Below are positions 17,715-30,971 of a DNA stretch of 64,000 bases, one piece after another (within the stretch, counting starts at the first letter, position 1; each line of letters starts with the position of its first letter). This DNA is from Microtetraspora niveoalba (lineage in GTDB: Bacteria > Actinomycetota > Actinomycetes > Streptosporangiales > Streptosporangiaceae), in contig NZ_BBYM01000011.1 in assembly GCF_001570405.1 (NCBI RefSeq), positions 164,910 through 228,909 of the forward strand, written 5' to 3'. The notes beneath the pieces were generated by a model that ran no database searches, had not been told where the DNA came from, and worked only from the letters and a program-made list of their open reading frames with translations. A program made the translations under genes and the position numbers.

Positions 17715-18777
17715 TCAGCTCCGGGCGGAGGCGAGCCGGGGCAGGTCCCGGCTGACCTCGACGAGGAACCATGAGGGCAGCACCGGAGCGCCGTCGTCGT
17801 CGGTGGCGATGACGAGCTGGGCGCATTCGAGCGAGATCTCGGCCAGCTCGACGAGCAGGGTCTTGGCCCGGAACGCGAGCTGCCGCCCGGCCGCCGGGGC
17901 GTGCTCCTTCGAGGCGGGCAGCCCGCGGACGAGCCGGGCGCGGAACGTCTCGGCCAGGAAGTACAGCAGGTCGCGGTCCTCGGGCCCGCGCGGCCAGCCC
18001 GCGTCGCCCTTGAGCACGGCGTCCAGGTCGTACGCGTGCCGCACCGTCTTGACGTACGCGCGGAACGCCGAGGCGTGCGACGCGGTGAGCGTGCCGTGGG
18101 CGAGGACGGCCAGCGTGTCGTCGTCGAGGCCCTCGCCGTACGAGTGGACGGCGTCGGACAACATGTGCCAGCCGCGCGGCGTGGAGAACGGCTCCTCGGT
18201 CTTCGGCGCGGGGCTCCACAGGTGGTCGGGCCGCTGCACGAGATAGTCGGCGATCCAGGGGTGGATGCCGTTGCCGGCCGCCCATGTCAGCCAGTCGTCG
18301 GCCGAGGCCCGCAGGTGGACGTGCACCATCCGGTTGACCAGAGCGGACGCCATCGGCCTGGCGAGGGCGTTGTCGGACGCCCGGTTGCCCGCTCCGATGA
18401 CGACCGACCCCTCGGGCAGCTCGTACGCGCCGATGCGGCGGTCGAGGATCAGCGAGTAGAACGCCTTCTGCACCTCGGGAGACGAGGCGTTGAGCTCGTC
18501 GAGGAACAGGCAGTACGGCTCGTCGCGCGCGATGGTCTCGGGGGGTGCGAACCGGCTGCGGCCGTCCACGATCTGGGGCACGCCGATGAGGTCCTCGGGG
18601 GCGAGCTGCGTGCCGAGCAACGTGACGCAGTCCAGCCCGAGCGACGCGGCGAACGCCTGGACCAGCGAGCTCTTCCCGATGCCCGGCGCTCCCCAGAGGA
18701 ACACCGGCCGCACGACGGCGACGTGCAGCAGCACGTCGGGAAGCTGCGCCGGGGTCACGGTCACGGTGGCCTGCATG
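17715..18777 (-). CDS. MoxR-like AAA+ ATPase (AAA_5)
   Basis: Walker A GAPGIGKS and Walker B LFLDELN. Alternative GTG start at 18812. Confidence 0.85.
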
Positions 18778-18900
18778 GCGACCAGGCTCCCGTACGACCT
18801 ACCGGAAAGCACCCGATTTATCGGGACATGCCCGGCTGGCAGAAGCTCAGTGACCGGCTGACAGCAGCCGGGAACGCGACCTGTGCGTCAGACCTGTGTG

Positions 18901-20604
18901 TCAGACCTGGGCGACGGCGAGGGACTGCGCGGGGAGGTAGAGGTCGCCGTCCATCATCCGGACCGCGTCGTCGGAGGCGAGCAGCACGTGCTTGGCCCCC
19001 GGCGAGAGCCGTACGGGGATGGGGAAGGAGCCGAAGTTGGCCGCGACCCGCAGGGACCCCCGGTCCATCACCAGGAAGTGGCGCTCCTCGTCGAAGCGGA
19101 CCCGCACGCGGTCGAGGCGCGGGTCGGCGAGGTCGGGATGCGTCTTGCGCAGCGCGATGAGGTCGCGGTACCAGCCGAGCAGCGACATCCCGCCGTCCTC
19201 GGAGATCTCGCTCCAGTCGAGCTTGGAGCGCAGGAACGTGGCCTCGTCCTGCGGGTCGGGAGCCTTCCAGTCGTAGCCGAACCCCTCGAACTCGCGCCTG
19301 CGCCGCTCGGCCTCGCCGTCGGCGAGCGCCGGGTCGTGGTGGTCGGTGAAGAAGTAGAACGGCGTCCGCGCCCCCCACTCCTCGCCCATGAACAACATCG
19401 GCGTGAACGGCGAGGTGAGCAGCAGGCCGGAGGCGATCCAGAGCTGCTCGGGCTCCATGCGGTCGCCGAGCGGCCGGTTGCCGATCTGGTCGTGGTTCTG
19501 CACGCAGCAGACGAACCGGTATCCGGGGACGCCGTTCGCCGGCCTGCCGTGGCTGCGCCCCCGGAACGACGAGTAGCCGCCGTCATGGAAATATCCGGAC
19601 GTGAGCACCTTGGCCAGGGCGGACAGCTCGGCGAAGTCGGCGTAGTAGGCGTGCCGCTCCCCCGTCACGGCCGCGTGGACCGCGTGGTGGACGTCGTCGT
19701 TCCACGCCGCGTGCATCCCCAGCCCGCCCGCCTCGCGCGAGGTGACCAGGCGCGGGTCGTTCAGGTCGGACTCGGCGATCAGCGTGAGTGGGCGTCCCAG
19801 GTTCGTGGACAACGCCTCCACCTCGGCCGACAGCTCTTCGAGGAAGTGCACCGCGCGCCGGTCGTGCAGCGCGTGCACGGCGTCCAGCCGGAGGCCGTCG
19901 ACGTGGTAGTCGCGCAGCCACTGCAGCGCGTTCTCGATGAAGTAGCGCCGGACCTCGTCGGAGCCGGGGCCGTCCAGGTTGACCGCGTCGCCCCAGTACG
20001 ACCCCTTGAAGCCGTGCAGGTACGGCCCGAACTTCGACAGGTAGTTCCCCGACGGCCCCAGATGGTTGTAGACGACGTCGAGGATCACGCCGATCCCGGC
20101 CCGGTGGCAGGCGTCCACCAGGTCCTTCAGCCCGTCGGGCCCGCCGTACTCCTCGTTGACCGCGTAGAGGTCGACGCCGTCGTACCCCCAGTTGCGCCGC
20201 CCCGGGACCGGCGGCACCGGCATGATCTCGACGAAGTCGACGCCGAGGTCGACCAGGTGGCGCAGCCGCTCCGCGACGGCGGCGAAGGTGCCCTCCCGCG
20301 TGAACGTGCCGACGTGCAGCTCGTAGATGACCGATCCGCGCAGGTCGCGACCGTGCCAGTCCTGGTCGCTCCAGGTGTACCGGTCGTGGTCGTAGACCCG
20401 GCTCGGCCCCTCCACGCCGTACGGCTGCCGCCGCGTCCGGGGGTCGGGGAAGGGCCCCTCCCCGTCCACGTGGAACGCGTAGTCGTCGCCGTGCTCACCT
20501 CCGGGGGCGTGCCACCAGCCGCCCGGGCCGGCCGTCATGTCCCGCCTGACGCCCCCCGACTCGACCTCCACGCGTTCCGCCTCGGGTGCCCAGACCTCGA
20601 ACAT
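18901..20604 (-). CDS. treZ: Malto-oligosyltrehalose trehalohydrolase
   Basis: GH13 motifs (GVILDVVYNH, GLRLDAVHAL). N-terminus MFEVWAP is preceded by GGGAGAGG. The ORF could start at a GTG at 20643. Confidence 0.9.
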   Translation of the reverse strand: MFEVWAPEAERVEVESGGVRRDMTAGPGGWWHAPGGEHGDDYAFHVDGEGPFPDPRTRRQPYGVEGPSRVYDHDRYTWSDQDWHGRDLRGSVIYELHVGTFTREGTFAAVAERLRHLVDLGVDFVEIMPVPPVPGRRNWGYDGVDLYAVNEEYGGPDGLKDLVDACHRAGIGVILDVVYNHLGPSGNYLSKFGPYLHGFKGSYWGDAVNLDGPGSDEVRRYFIENALQWLRDYHVDGLRLDAVHALHDRRAVHFLEELSAEVEALSTNLGRPLTLIAESDLNDPRLVTSREAGGLGMHAAWNDDVHHAVHAAVTGERHAYYADFAELSALAKVLTSGYFHDGGYSSFRGRSHGRPANGVPGYRFVCCVQNHDQIGNRPLGDRMEPEQLWIASGLLLTSPFTPMLFMGEEWGARTPFYFFTDHHDPALADGEAERRRREFEGFGYDWKAPDPQDEATFLRSKLDWSEISEDGGMSLLGWYRDLIALRKTHPDLADPRLDRVRVRFDEERHFLVMDRGSLRVAANFGSFPIPVRLSPGAKHVLLASDDAVRMMDGDLYLPAQSLAVAQV

Positions 20605-20646
20605 GCCTCTCCCGTCGTTGTCGTCGTATATGGGGGAGTCCACGGG

Positions 20647-22970
20647 TCACCGGCCGAGGATCGCGACCGGATACCAGGACAGAAGGTGCCCCATCGGGAC
20701 ACGTCCGGTGTGCTCGCGTCCCGTCAGCAGGTCGCGCCACCGGCCCGGGGGAAGCATGAGGGTCTCGCCTCCCCAACCGCCGTGCCGTTCGAGCCCCACG
20801 GGCAGGCGGGTCGCCACCACCACCGCCTGGTCCCCGCGCGCGAAGGCGACCGCGTGCTCGCCCGCCTCCACCGGCGCGTACGGCGCGACCGGGTCGAGCC
20901 GGCTCCGCAGCCGCAACGCGGTGGCGGTGACCAGCATCTTCTGCCCGTCCCAGGTGGTGGGGCGGGCGCCCGGGACGAGCACGTCGGCCAGCAGCGCCCG
21001 GCGCGCGCGGAAGTCCACCGGACGCCGGTTGTCCGGATCGACCAGCGAGAAGTCCGTGGTCTCGTTGCCCTGGTAGACGTCGGGGACCCCCGGCATCATG
21101 AGCTGGACCGCCTTCTGGCCGAGGGAGTTGACCCGGGCGTACCGGTCCACGACGGCCGTGAAGGCGGCCACCGAGCCGCCGCAGACGTCGATCGCCTCCC
21201 GGGCGAACCGCCGGACGCCGCTCTCGTACGCGGGGTCGCGGTTCTGCCAGGAGATCGATGTCTTGGCCTCTCGTGCCGCCTTGAGCAGATATTTCGTGAA
21301 ACGCTCGGGGCTGATCGGCCAGGACGCCATCAACGTCTGCCAGCCCAGATAGTCGAGCCGGGGATCGAACGCCACCTCGGCCGCCCAGGAGTCCACCGCG
21401 AGCGCCCACTCGTCCGGCATCTCCGACAGAACCGAGAGCCGGGCCCGCACGTCCTCCGACCGTTTCGTGTCGTGGGTGGACAGGGTGGTCATCGTCCGCG
21501 GCGGCAGCCCGGCGCAGAACTCGTGGAACTCCGCCGCCGACACCCCGAACCGGTCCGGCTCGCCGCCGACCTCGTTGAGAGCGGCCAGCGGGAACCACCG
21601 ATAGAGCGCGGTGTCCTCCACCCCCTTGGCCATCACCGGGCCGCAGGTCTGCTGGAACCGGGTCACCGCCTCGGCCGGGCCGTACAGGACCAGGTCGGCG
21701 GCCCGCGCGACGGCGGCGGGATCGGCGCGTCCGGCCGCCTCCCGCGCCGCCCTCCGCACGATGTGGACCGTCTCCACCGACGGCGGCTCGCCCGGGTCGA
21801 CGTACGCCCGGTAGACGGGCATCGCGGCGAGCAGCTCGACCACCGCCTCGCGCGGCACCCGCCCGTCCTCGTCCTCGTCCGGGTCGCCGTCCCCGTCGCC
21901 GTCCCCGGCGTGCGGAGCGGGCACCGTCATGGCGGCGGTGAGCCGGTCGATCTCGCCGCGGAAGAACAGCTCGACGACGTGCTTCTTCGCCTCGTACCGC
22001 ACGGCCTCGTAGTCGTCGGTCACGCCCGTGTGCCGGGCGAACGTCTTGACGAGCTCCTCCCGCGACGCCGGGTCCACGAACAGGCGGGTGACCATGTTGA
22101 GCGCGTCGTACCCGGTCGTGCCGTCGCACGGCCAGTCCTCCGGCAGCCGCTCGCCGTCGATCAGGATCTTCTCGACCCACAGCGGGCCGGGGACGCGGGG
22201 ACGCAGCCGCCGGAGATAGCCGTACGGGTCGGCCAGGCCGTCCGGGTGGTCCACGCGGAGACCGTGGAGCACCCCCTCGTCGAGGAGCGTGAGGATCACC
22301 GCGTGGGTGGCCTCGTGGACCTCCGGGTCCTCCACCCGCAGCCCTATGAGCGAGGAGACGTCGAAGAACCGCCGGTAGCCGGGGCTCTCGCGCCAGCCGA
22401 CCAGCCGGTAGTGCTGGACGCGGAGCAGCTCGGGCAGCGGGAGGCCCTCGGTGCCCGGCCTGATCGGGAACTCGTGCTCGTGGTAGCGCAGCACGTCACC
22501 GTCCACGGAGAACCCATCGGCCCCGTCCCCGCCCTCGTTACCGGCTCCGGCGGCGTACGGGTCGCCCGCGTCGTCGCCGAGCACCGGGAGCGCGACCGGC
22601 CACTCCAGGTCGAACCACCGGGCGTAGGGCGAGGCCGGGCCGTCCCGCAGCGCCGCCCACAGCGGGGCGTTGCGCGACTCGGGAACCGGCACGGTCATGT
22701 GGTTCGGCACCACGTCGGCGACCAGCGGCAGGCCCCTCGCGGCCAGGGCGCGCAACCCCGGCAGGCCCCCGAACTCGGCCCGTACGGCGGTGTGGTCGGT
22801 GACGTCGTACCCGTGCCCGGACTCGGGCACGGCCTGCAGGATCGGCGAGAGATAGAGGGCGCCGACGCCGAGCTCGCGGAGATAGCCGGTCAGCTCGGCC
22901 GCGTCCGCGAAACCGAGGTCGGGGGTGAGCTGCAGTCTGTAGGTCGAGGTCGAGGTCGAGGTCGAGGTCA
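20647..22970 (-). CDS. treY: Malto-oligosyltrehalose synthase
   Basis: Conserved STYRLQLTPDLGF start and GH13 TreY motifs. Start assigned to a GTG preceding (TS)4; the ORF is open to 23133. Confidence 0.85.
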
Positions 22971-23177
22971 CGGCACCGCCCTTCGTCGGGTCCTTCCGGG
23001 CCGGGGCGCGCCCCGCGGATCTCACCGGCCGCCGCCGCGTCGCCGCGCCGGCCCCGGCGCACCCGTCGCCCGGCATCCCCCGTGCCGGGTGGCGCGGCCC
23101 CGCGGTGATCCGTACCCCTGGCTCCCGTCTCATAGTGACGGCGCGGACACGTCACCGCCAGGCCATCGCGGCGCGCG

Positions 23178-25304
<2,127 letters not shown>

Positions 25305-25426
25305 CGTTCCCACCCTCCGGGGACTTCGACAGTTCGGCGATGTTAAAGACATGTGTCCGGGATTTCCCAGGGAGCGGCGACGGGGTCACCGAGCCGGGCG
25401 GGCCGTCGTTCCGGTCCGGCTCCCGG

Positions 25427-26674
25427 TCAGGCGCCTCCGGCGGCCTTCCGTGACTCCTCGGCCGCCCAGGTGAACACGCCCCTCGCCATCAGGGACGCCT
25501 CCGACGCGGCGCGGGCGGCGTACACCCGGGCGCGCACGAGATGCGCCGCGGGATCGTGCGGCGCGGCCTGCGCGGCCATCTCCGCGAAGTGCCCCGCCAG
25601 CCGCTGGTCGCCGTCGGCCAGCGCCTTGAGCGCGGCCTCGCACAGCCGCTCCGTGCCTCCCGCCAGCTCGGCCACGGCCGCGGCGAGCACGGCGTCGGGC
25701 GCGGGCTTCAGGTGGGCGGGGTTGCCGTCGTACCAGCCGCCGTACAACCGCCAGATGTTGCGCACCACGAACTCCGGATCGTCGTAGTGCGGCCGCAGGT
25801 AGGGCCGGTCCGCCAGCCGCGCCGGAGGCCGTACGGCCCGGACGATGTCGTCCAGCCTGGCCCCCTCGTTGAGCATCTCCAGGGAGCGTTCGACGATGCT
25901 CTCCAGCCACTCCGCCGTCTCGGTCAGCGCCTGCTCGACCCGGTCGGCGCCGAAGATCGGGGCGCCGTGGCTCGGCAGCATGGTCTCCGCGCCGAGCGCG
26001 GCCATCCGGCGCAGCGCGACGGCCCACTCGCGGGGGTAGCGCTGCACCTTCTGCGGGTTGCCGCAGTTGGGGCTCACCCAGATGAACAGGTCGCCGGGAA
26101 GCAGGACGCGCCGCGACGGCACCCACCCGACGCTCGCGTCGTCGGTCTCGCCCTTGGCGTGGAAGAGCTCGACGGGCCCGACCGTCAGCTCGTCGCGGTA
26201 CGTCACGTCGGGGTAGCGGTACTCGGTCGGCCAGGTCAGGTCCGGCACCTGGAACTGCCGCTGGTTGATCACCGCGTTGTAGCCGTTCGTGAGGATGTAC
26301 CGGTCGAAACGGGCGGGGAGCGCCTCGTGCGCCACCACCGTGGGCCTGGGCCTCGCCGCCGTGTCGGCCTCCGCGTCGAACGGCCCCACGCCCGACACGT
26401 GGTCGATGTGCCCGTGCGAATAGATCACGGTCGTCACCGGCTCGTCGGTCCACGCCCGCAGCTCGGCGTGCAGCCGGTCCGCGTCGAAGGGGTTGCCGGT
26501 GTCGAACAGCATCACCTCCCCGCCCTCGCGAAGCGCGATCGTGTTGCCGAACCCGCTGCGGAAGCCGACGCCGTCGGCGACCTCGACGAAGCCCTGCCCG
26601 GCGAGTCCCGTGTGCACGATGTTGTCGGGGAGCTCGCCCCGCCAGACGCTGTCGGCGTACTCGGTGATGTTCAT
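25427..26674 (-). CDS. MBL-fold metallo-hydrolase, alkyl/aryl-sulfatase-like
   Basis: HGHIDH metallo-beta-lactamase motif. Overall similarity to SdsA1/BDS1-type alkylsulfatase N-terminal and dimerisation regions. Start at MNITEYADS. Confidence 0.7.
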   Translation of the reverse strand: MNITEYADSVWRGELPDNIVHTGLAGQGFVEVADGVGFRSGFGNTIALREGGEVMLFDTGNPFDADRLHAELRAWTDEPVTTVIYSHGHIDHVSGVGPFDAEADTAARPRPTVVAHEALPARFDRYILTNGYNAVINQRQFQVPDLTWPTEYRYPDVTYRDELTVGPVELFHAKGETDDASVGWVPSRRVLLPGDLFIWVSPNCGNPQKVQRYPREWAVALRRMAALGAETMLPSHGAPIFGADRVEQALTETAEWLESIVERSLEMLNEGARLDDIVRAVRPPARLADRPYLRPHYDDPEFVVRNIWRLYGGWYDGNPAHLKPAPDAVLAAAVAELAGGTERLCEAALKALADGDQRLAGHFAEMAAQAAPHDPAAHLVRARVYAARAASEASLMARGVFTWAAEESRKAAGGA

Positions 26675-26878
26675 CGGGAAGCCAGCCTTTCCTTGTCCGG
26701 CTCCGGGCGGATGGCGGCGCGGCCGGCGCGCCTCCCCCGGCATGAGCAGTCCCGCGACGGTCGACGCCGTGCCGCACCCCTCGGACGGATCCGCCGCTCG
26801 CTGTACCAATGCCCCGTGACCGCCGGTGGCAGCACGCCCGCCATGGCGGCGACCGCGGTGCCGGTGCTCGGCCGCGCG

Positions 26879-29800
26879 TCAGCCCACCCGGGCGAGGAGC
26901 CCGCGTACGGGGACCTCATAGAGCACGGCCCCCGACCTGGCGACGAGGTCGAGCGCGGCCCGGAGGTGCCGGACCGCGGCCTCCCGGTCCCCGAACGCGA
27001 GCGCCAGCCGCCCGAGGCACAGGTCGGCCACCGACCAGCCGAGCAGGCGTCCGGCGCTCGGCGCGAGCAGCCGGTAGAGCGCCCGGGACGCCGCGGCGTC
27101 CCCCAGCTCCAGGCACGCCTCGCTCAGCAGGTCGGGGATGTACCGGTACACGAGGTCGCCCTCGATGCCGGCGAAGTCGCCGCGCGCCAGCTCCGCGAGG
27201 ACGTCGGCGGCCTCGGCGCGACGGCCGGCGTCGAGCAGGGCGACGCAGCGCGGGACCAGCCAGCCCGGCTGGCCCGGCCTGACCGCGAGCATCTCCTCCG
27301 ACAGGGCGAGCGCCGCCGCCGTCTCGCCGCGCGCCCGCAGCAGCAGGAACCGGAAGACCCGCTCCCGCACGGCCGCGTCGTCCCCGCCGAGCGCGCCCTC
27401 GGGGTGGACGCGGGCCGACTCCTCCGCCTCGGCGAGCGCCCCGTCCAGGTCGCCCCGTGTGTACGCGCGGACCGCGGCGAGCCACGCCGCGAGGCCGAGC
27501 AGGGCAGGCCGGCGGATCCGTCGCGCCGTCTCGCGCAGCCGGTCGAGGAGCGGCCCCGCCCGCTCGTCGTCCCCCTGCCCGGCCAGCTCGACGTAGAGGG
27601 CCTCGCGGGCCAGCCACTCGGACACCGGGTCGCCGACGCGCCGGGCCACCTCCGCCATCTCGTCGATGACCGCCCGCCGTTCGGCGTGCGTCGCGACCCC
27701 TCGCGAGAGGATCTCGTACGCGCTGAGGCCGCGCAGCAGCGCGTGGTCGTCCCCCGTCCGCCGCGCCTCGCGCACCGCCTCCCGGGCGAGGGCGACACTC
27801 TCGCGGACCGGACGGGAGAAGGCGCCGGTGACGGCGGCCGCGGACAGCAGGTGGGACCGCCACGGCGCCCCCTCGCGGGCGTGGGCGCGCAGGACACGTT
27901 CGACCCGCCCGGCGAGCGCGTCCCCGGCCGCCCACTCCTCGTACATCGCCCACGCGAGCGGGTCGGAGAAGCCAAGAACGGCGCGGGCCAGCCGCTCGTC
28001 GTCCCCGAGCGCCTCGGCGATCTCGGCGGCCTCCTCCAGCGACGCGCGCACCCGCGTGGTCATGCCGGCCGCGGCCTGCGCGGCGGCCAGTTCGAGCAGC
28101 AGGTCGCATCTCAGCGCCCGGTCGGTCACCGGAAGCCGCCCGGTCAGCAGGACGGCGTGGCCCAGGTGCTCGGCGGCGTCCTCGTACGCGAACTGGGACG
28201 TGGCGTGCGCCGCCGCCCGGCGGGCGTACTCGACGGCCTTGCCCGCCATCCCGGCGATGACCAGGCCCTCGCGGTAGTGGTGGGCCAGCTCGGCCAGGTG
28301 GGTGCCGCGCCGTTCGAGCGCGGTGGCCACGCGGGCGTGCAGGCGGCGGCGCCGCAGCGGCGCGAGCCCGTCCCGCAGCGCGTCCCTGACGATGTCGTGG
28401 GCGAAGCGGTAGACCAGCCCGCTCTCGGTCAGCAGCCGCGCCTGGACCGCGGCGTCGAGCACGTCGAGCACCTGGTCGCGCGGCGTGTCCACGATGTCGA
28501 GGAGGACGCCCAGCTCGGCCTCGCGTCCCAGCAGGGCGGCGGCGGAGAGCACCTCCGGGGCGCCCGGCGGCATGGCCGCCATCCTGCCGCGCAGCACGTC
28601 GGCGATCGCGCCGGGCGCGTCCGCGCCGAGGTGGACCACCTCTCCGAGGAAGAACGGGTTGCCGCCCGTCCGCCTGGTCACCTCCGCCGCCCGGGTGGCG
28701 TCGGCCCCCGCCCGTTCGAGGTACTCGGCGACGGCCTCCTCCGGCAGGCCGCCGAGGGCGACGCGTTCGACGTGCGGGAGCCGTACGAGCGTGGACAGGG
28801 CTCGGGCGAGCGGCTCCCCCACCTCGGTGTCGCGGTAGGTGGCCACCACGGTCAGCTCGGGGCAGGTCCGGGTGACGGCCAGGAACTCCAGCAGGCGCAG
28901 CGACGAGGCGTCGGCCCACTGGAGGTCGTCGACGACGACCAGCACCCGGCCGTGCCCGCCGACGAGCCGCGCGAACGCCTCGTAGAGGGCGAACTCCCCG
29001 GTCGCCCCGGTGATGTCGGCCAGCTCCCCGGCCCTGCCGGTCAGCTCCCGTACGGCCTGGGCCCACGGCCAGTACGGCGGGGCGCCGGTCCCGTCCCAGC
29101 AGCGGGCGAAGACGACCCTGTGGGCGTGGCGGGCGGCGTCCTCGGCCAGGCTGGTCTTGCCGATGCCCGGCTCGCCGGTGACGAGGACGACCCGGTGGCC
29201 GGGGGAGGTCACGGCGCGGCGCAGCACCTCCGCCTCGGCCGCCCGCCCGATCAGGCGGCTCGGCAGCGCCCCGGGGTACGGAGCCGGCGCGGGGAGGGCG
29301 GACGCTGCCGGGGTCACACGTGTGACGGTTCGGACGGGCATGAGGGCGGGGTCCTGGGAGAGGATCCGCTGTTCCAGCTCCCGGGAACGGGGATCGGGGT
29401 CGAGGCCGAGCTCGTCGACGAGCATCCGGCGTCCCTCGGAGAGCACGGAGAGCGCCTCCGCCTGCCGTCCCGCCTGGTAGAGCGCGTGCGCCGTGGCCCG
29501 GCGCAGCCGTTCGCGCAACGGGTGGGCGGGCAGCAGCCGGGTCAGCCCCGGCGCGAGCTCCGGCCCCATGCCGAGGAGGAGCTCCGCCTCGGAGGCGTCC
29601 TCGACGACCGTGAGCCGCAGCTCGGCCAGGTGGGTGATGTCGTCGCGCGCCCAGGGCTCGTCCTCGAAGCCGGAGAGGGGCTCACCACGCCATTCGGCCA
29701 GCGCGCGCCGCAGCTCGCCGGCGCCCCGCGCGTGGTCCCCGGCGCCGAGCAGCCGTCGCCCCTCGGCGATCCGGTCCCTGGCCCGGCCCAGGTCGTAGCC

Positions 29801-30223
29801 GCCGTGGGGCATGACGAGCGCGTACCCGCCCGGCCTGCTGACCAGCACGGACGGGCTGTCCCTCCGGCTGCGGCCCGGCTCGAAGACGCGGCGGAGCTTG
29901 GAGATGTACGCCTGGACGGTGTTGACGGCCCTCGGAGGCCGCTCCTCCGGCCACAGCGCGTCCATGATGCGGGCGGCGCCGATCGGCCGGGGCGCGGCCA
30001 GCATGCAGAGGGCGAGCACGGCGCGCTGCTGCGACGGGCCCGTGTCGAGCACGACACCGTCGTCGCCGATCACCGAGACCGGGCCGAGCAGCCGGAACTC
30101 CACGTCAGTCACTCTCCTGGTCGCACCGTGCGCCCAGACTTTATCCAGATATGTCGTGATCTCGGGGATCGGCCGGCCGGTGACCGCGTCACTCTCCCGG
30201 CCTGACGCGCGCCGGGCCGTCAC
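26879..30223 (-). CDS. AfsR/SARP family transcriptional regulator (OmpR-type winged helix-BTAD-NB-ARC ATPase-TPR)
   Basis: 1114 aa. N-terminal FRLLGPV...RAVLALL...VQAYISKLRR DNA-binding/BTAD region, then Walker A GEPGIGKTSLA, then C-terminal TPR-like repeats. Confidence 0.8.
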   Translation of the reverse strand: MTARRASGRESDAVTGRPIPEITTYLDKVWAHGATRRVTDVEFRLLGPVSVIGDDGVVLDTGPSQQRAVLALCMLAAPRPIGAARIMDALWPEERPPRAVNTVQAYISKLRRVFEPGRSRRDSPSVLVSRPGGYALVMPHGGYDLGRARDRIAEGRRLLGAGDHARGAGELRRALAEWRGEPLSGFEDEPWARDDITHLAELRLTVVEDASEAELLLGMGPELAPGLTRLLPAHPLRERLRRATAHALYQAGRQAEALSVLSEGRRMLVDELGLDPDPRSRELEQRILSQDPALMPVRTVTRVTPAASALPAPAPYPGALPSRLIGRAAEAEVLRRAVTSPGHRVVLVTGEPGIGKTSLAEDAARHAHRVVFARCWDGTGAPPYWPWAQAVRELTGRAGELADITGATGEFALYEAFARLVGGHGRVLVVVDDLQWADASSLRLLEFLAVTRTCPELTVVATYRDTEVGEPLARALSTLVRLPHVERVALGGLPEEAVAEYLERAGADATRAAEVTRRTGGNPFFLGEVVHLGADAPGAIADVLRGRMAAMPPGAPEVLSAAALLGREAELGVLLDIVDTPRDQVLDVLDAAVQARLLTESGLVYRFAHDIVRDALRDGLAPLRRRRLHARVATALERRGTHLAELAHHYREGLVIAGMAGKAVEYARRAAAHATSQFAYEDAAEHLGHAVLLTGRLPVTDRALRCDLLLELAAAQAAAGMTTRVRASLEEAAEIAEALGDDERLARAVLGFSDPLAWAMYEEWAAGDALAGRVERVLRAHAREGAPWRSHLLSAAAVTGAFSRPVRESVALAREAVREARRTGDDHALLRGLSAYEILSRGVATHAERRAVIDEMAEVARRVGDPVSEWLAREALYVELAGQGDDERAGPLLDRLRETARRIRRPALLGLAAWLAAVRAYTRGDLDGALAEAEESARVHPEGALGGDDAAVRERVFRFLLLRARGETAAALALSEEMLAVRPGQPGWLVPRCVALLDAGRRAEAADVLAELARGDFAGIEGDLVYRYIPDLLSEACLELGDAAASRALYRLLAPSAGRLLGWSVADLCLGRLALAFGDREAAVRHLRAALDLVARSGAVLYEVPVRGLLARVG

Positions 30224-30275
30224 CCCGGCCCGGCACCGGGCAGGTCACTTCGGCCCGGCTCGACGCCGGGGCACG

Positions 30276-30971
30276 TCACTTGAGCTTGGCGAGGTAGGCC
30301 TTCATCTCCTTGATCTCGGCCTTCTGGGTGGCGACGATCGTCTCGGCCATCGCCTTCGCCTCCGCGAACGCGCCCGACGCCCGCTCCTCCTCGGCCATCT
30401 TGATCGCGCCCGTGTGGTGCTTGATCATCATGGTGACGAAGAGCCGGTCGAACGGGGAGCCGTCGGCCTTGGCGAGCTTGTCCATCTCGGCGGCGGACGA
30501 CATGCCCGGCATCGCGTGGTCACGCGGGAGGGGTTCCTCGCCCCAGCCGTCCAGCCACCCCTTCATGGTCCGGATCTCCGGGTCCTGCGCCTCGGTGATC
30601 TTCGCGGCCAGGTCCCTGATCCACTGGTCGCCCGCCTGGGTCCGGGCGAGGCCGGCCATGTCGATGGCCTGGAGGTGGTGGGGGATCATCATCTTCGCGA
30701 AGGAGACGTCCGCGTCGTTGTGCCCCGCGGCGCCCGCGGGGTCCGGGGAGGCCGGCGTGTCGTCGGTGGCGGAGGGCGTCTCGGCGGGCGCCTCCGTGGG
30801 CGTCTCCGCCGGGGACTCCGACGGCGCGGCGGTCGCGGAGTCCGACGCCGCCACCGAGGCGGACGGGGACGGGGCCGCGGCGTCCGTGCCGGAGCCGGAA
30901 CACCCGGCGAGCAAGGTCAGCACGACCGCACTCGTGGCGGCGGGCAGAACGATCCGGCTAAAGCTGGTCAC
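30276..30971 (-). CDS. DUF305 family secreted lipoprotein
   Basis: Lipobox LLAGCSG and two copies of the DUF305 histidine motif (MMIPHHLQAI and MMIKHHTGAI). Confidence 0.8.
   Translation of the reverse strand: MTSFSRIVLPAATSAVVLTLLAGCSGSGTDAAAPSPSASVAASDSATAAPSESPAETPTEAPAETPSATDDTPASPDPAGAAGHNDADVSFAKMMIPHHLQAIDMAGLARTQAGDQWIRDLAAKITEAQDPEIRTMKGWLDGWGEEPLPRDHAMPGMSSAAEMDKLAKADGSPFDRLFVTMMIKHHTGAIKMAEEERASGAFAEAKAMAETIVATQKAEIKEMKAYLAKLK

Noticed and set aside
15635-17755. 706-aa ORF on the plus strand
   Set aside because: It is entirely antisense to the well-supported VWA and MoxR genes. The translation is Arg/Gly/Pro-rich, as expected for a GC-rich non-coding frame.
25541-30205. 1554-aa ORF on the plus strand
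   Set aside because: Antisense to the alkylsulfatase-like and SARP genes. The translation is low-complexity and R/G/P/A-rich.
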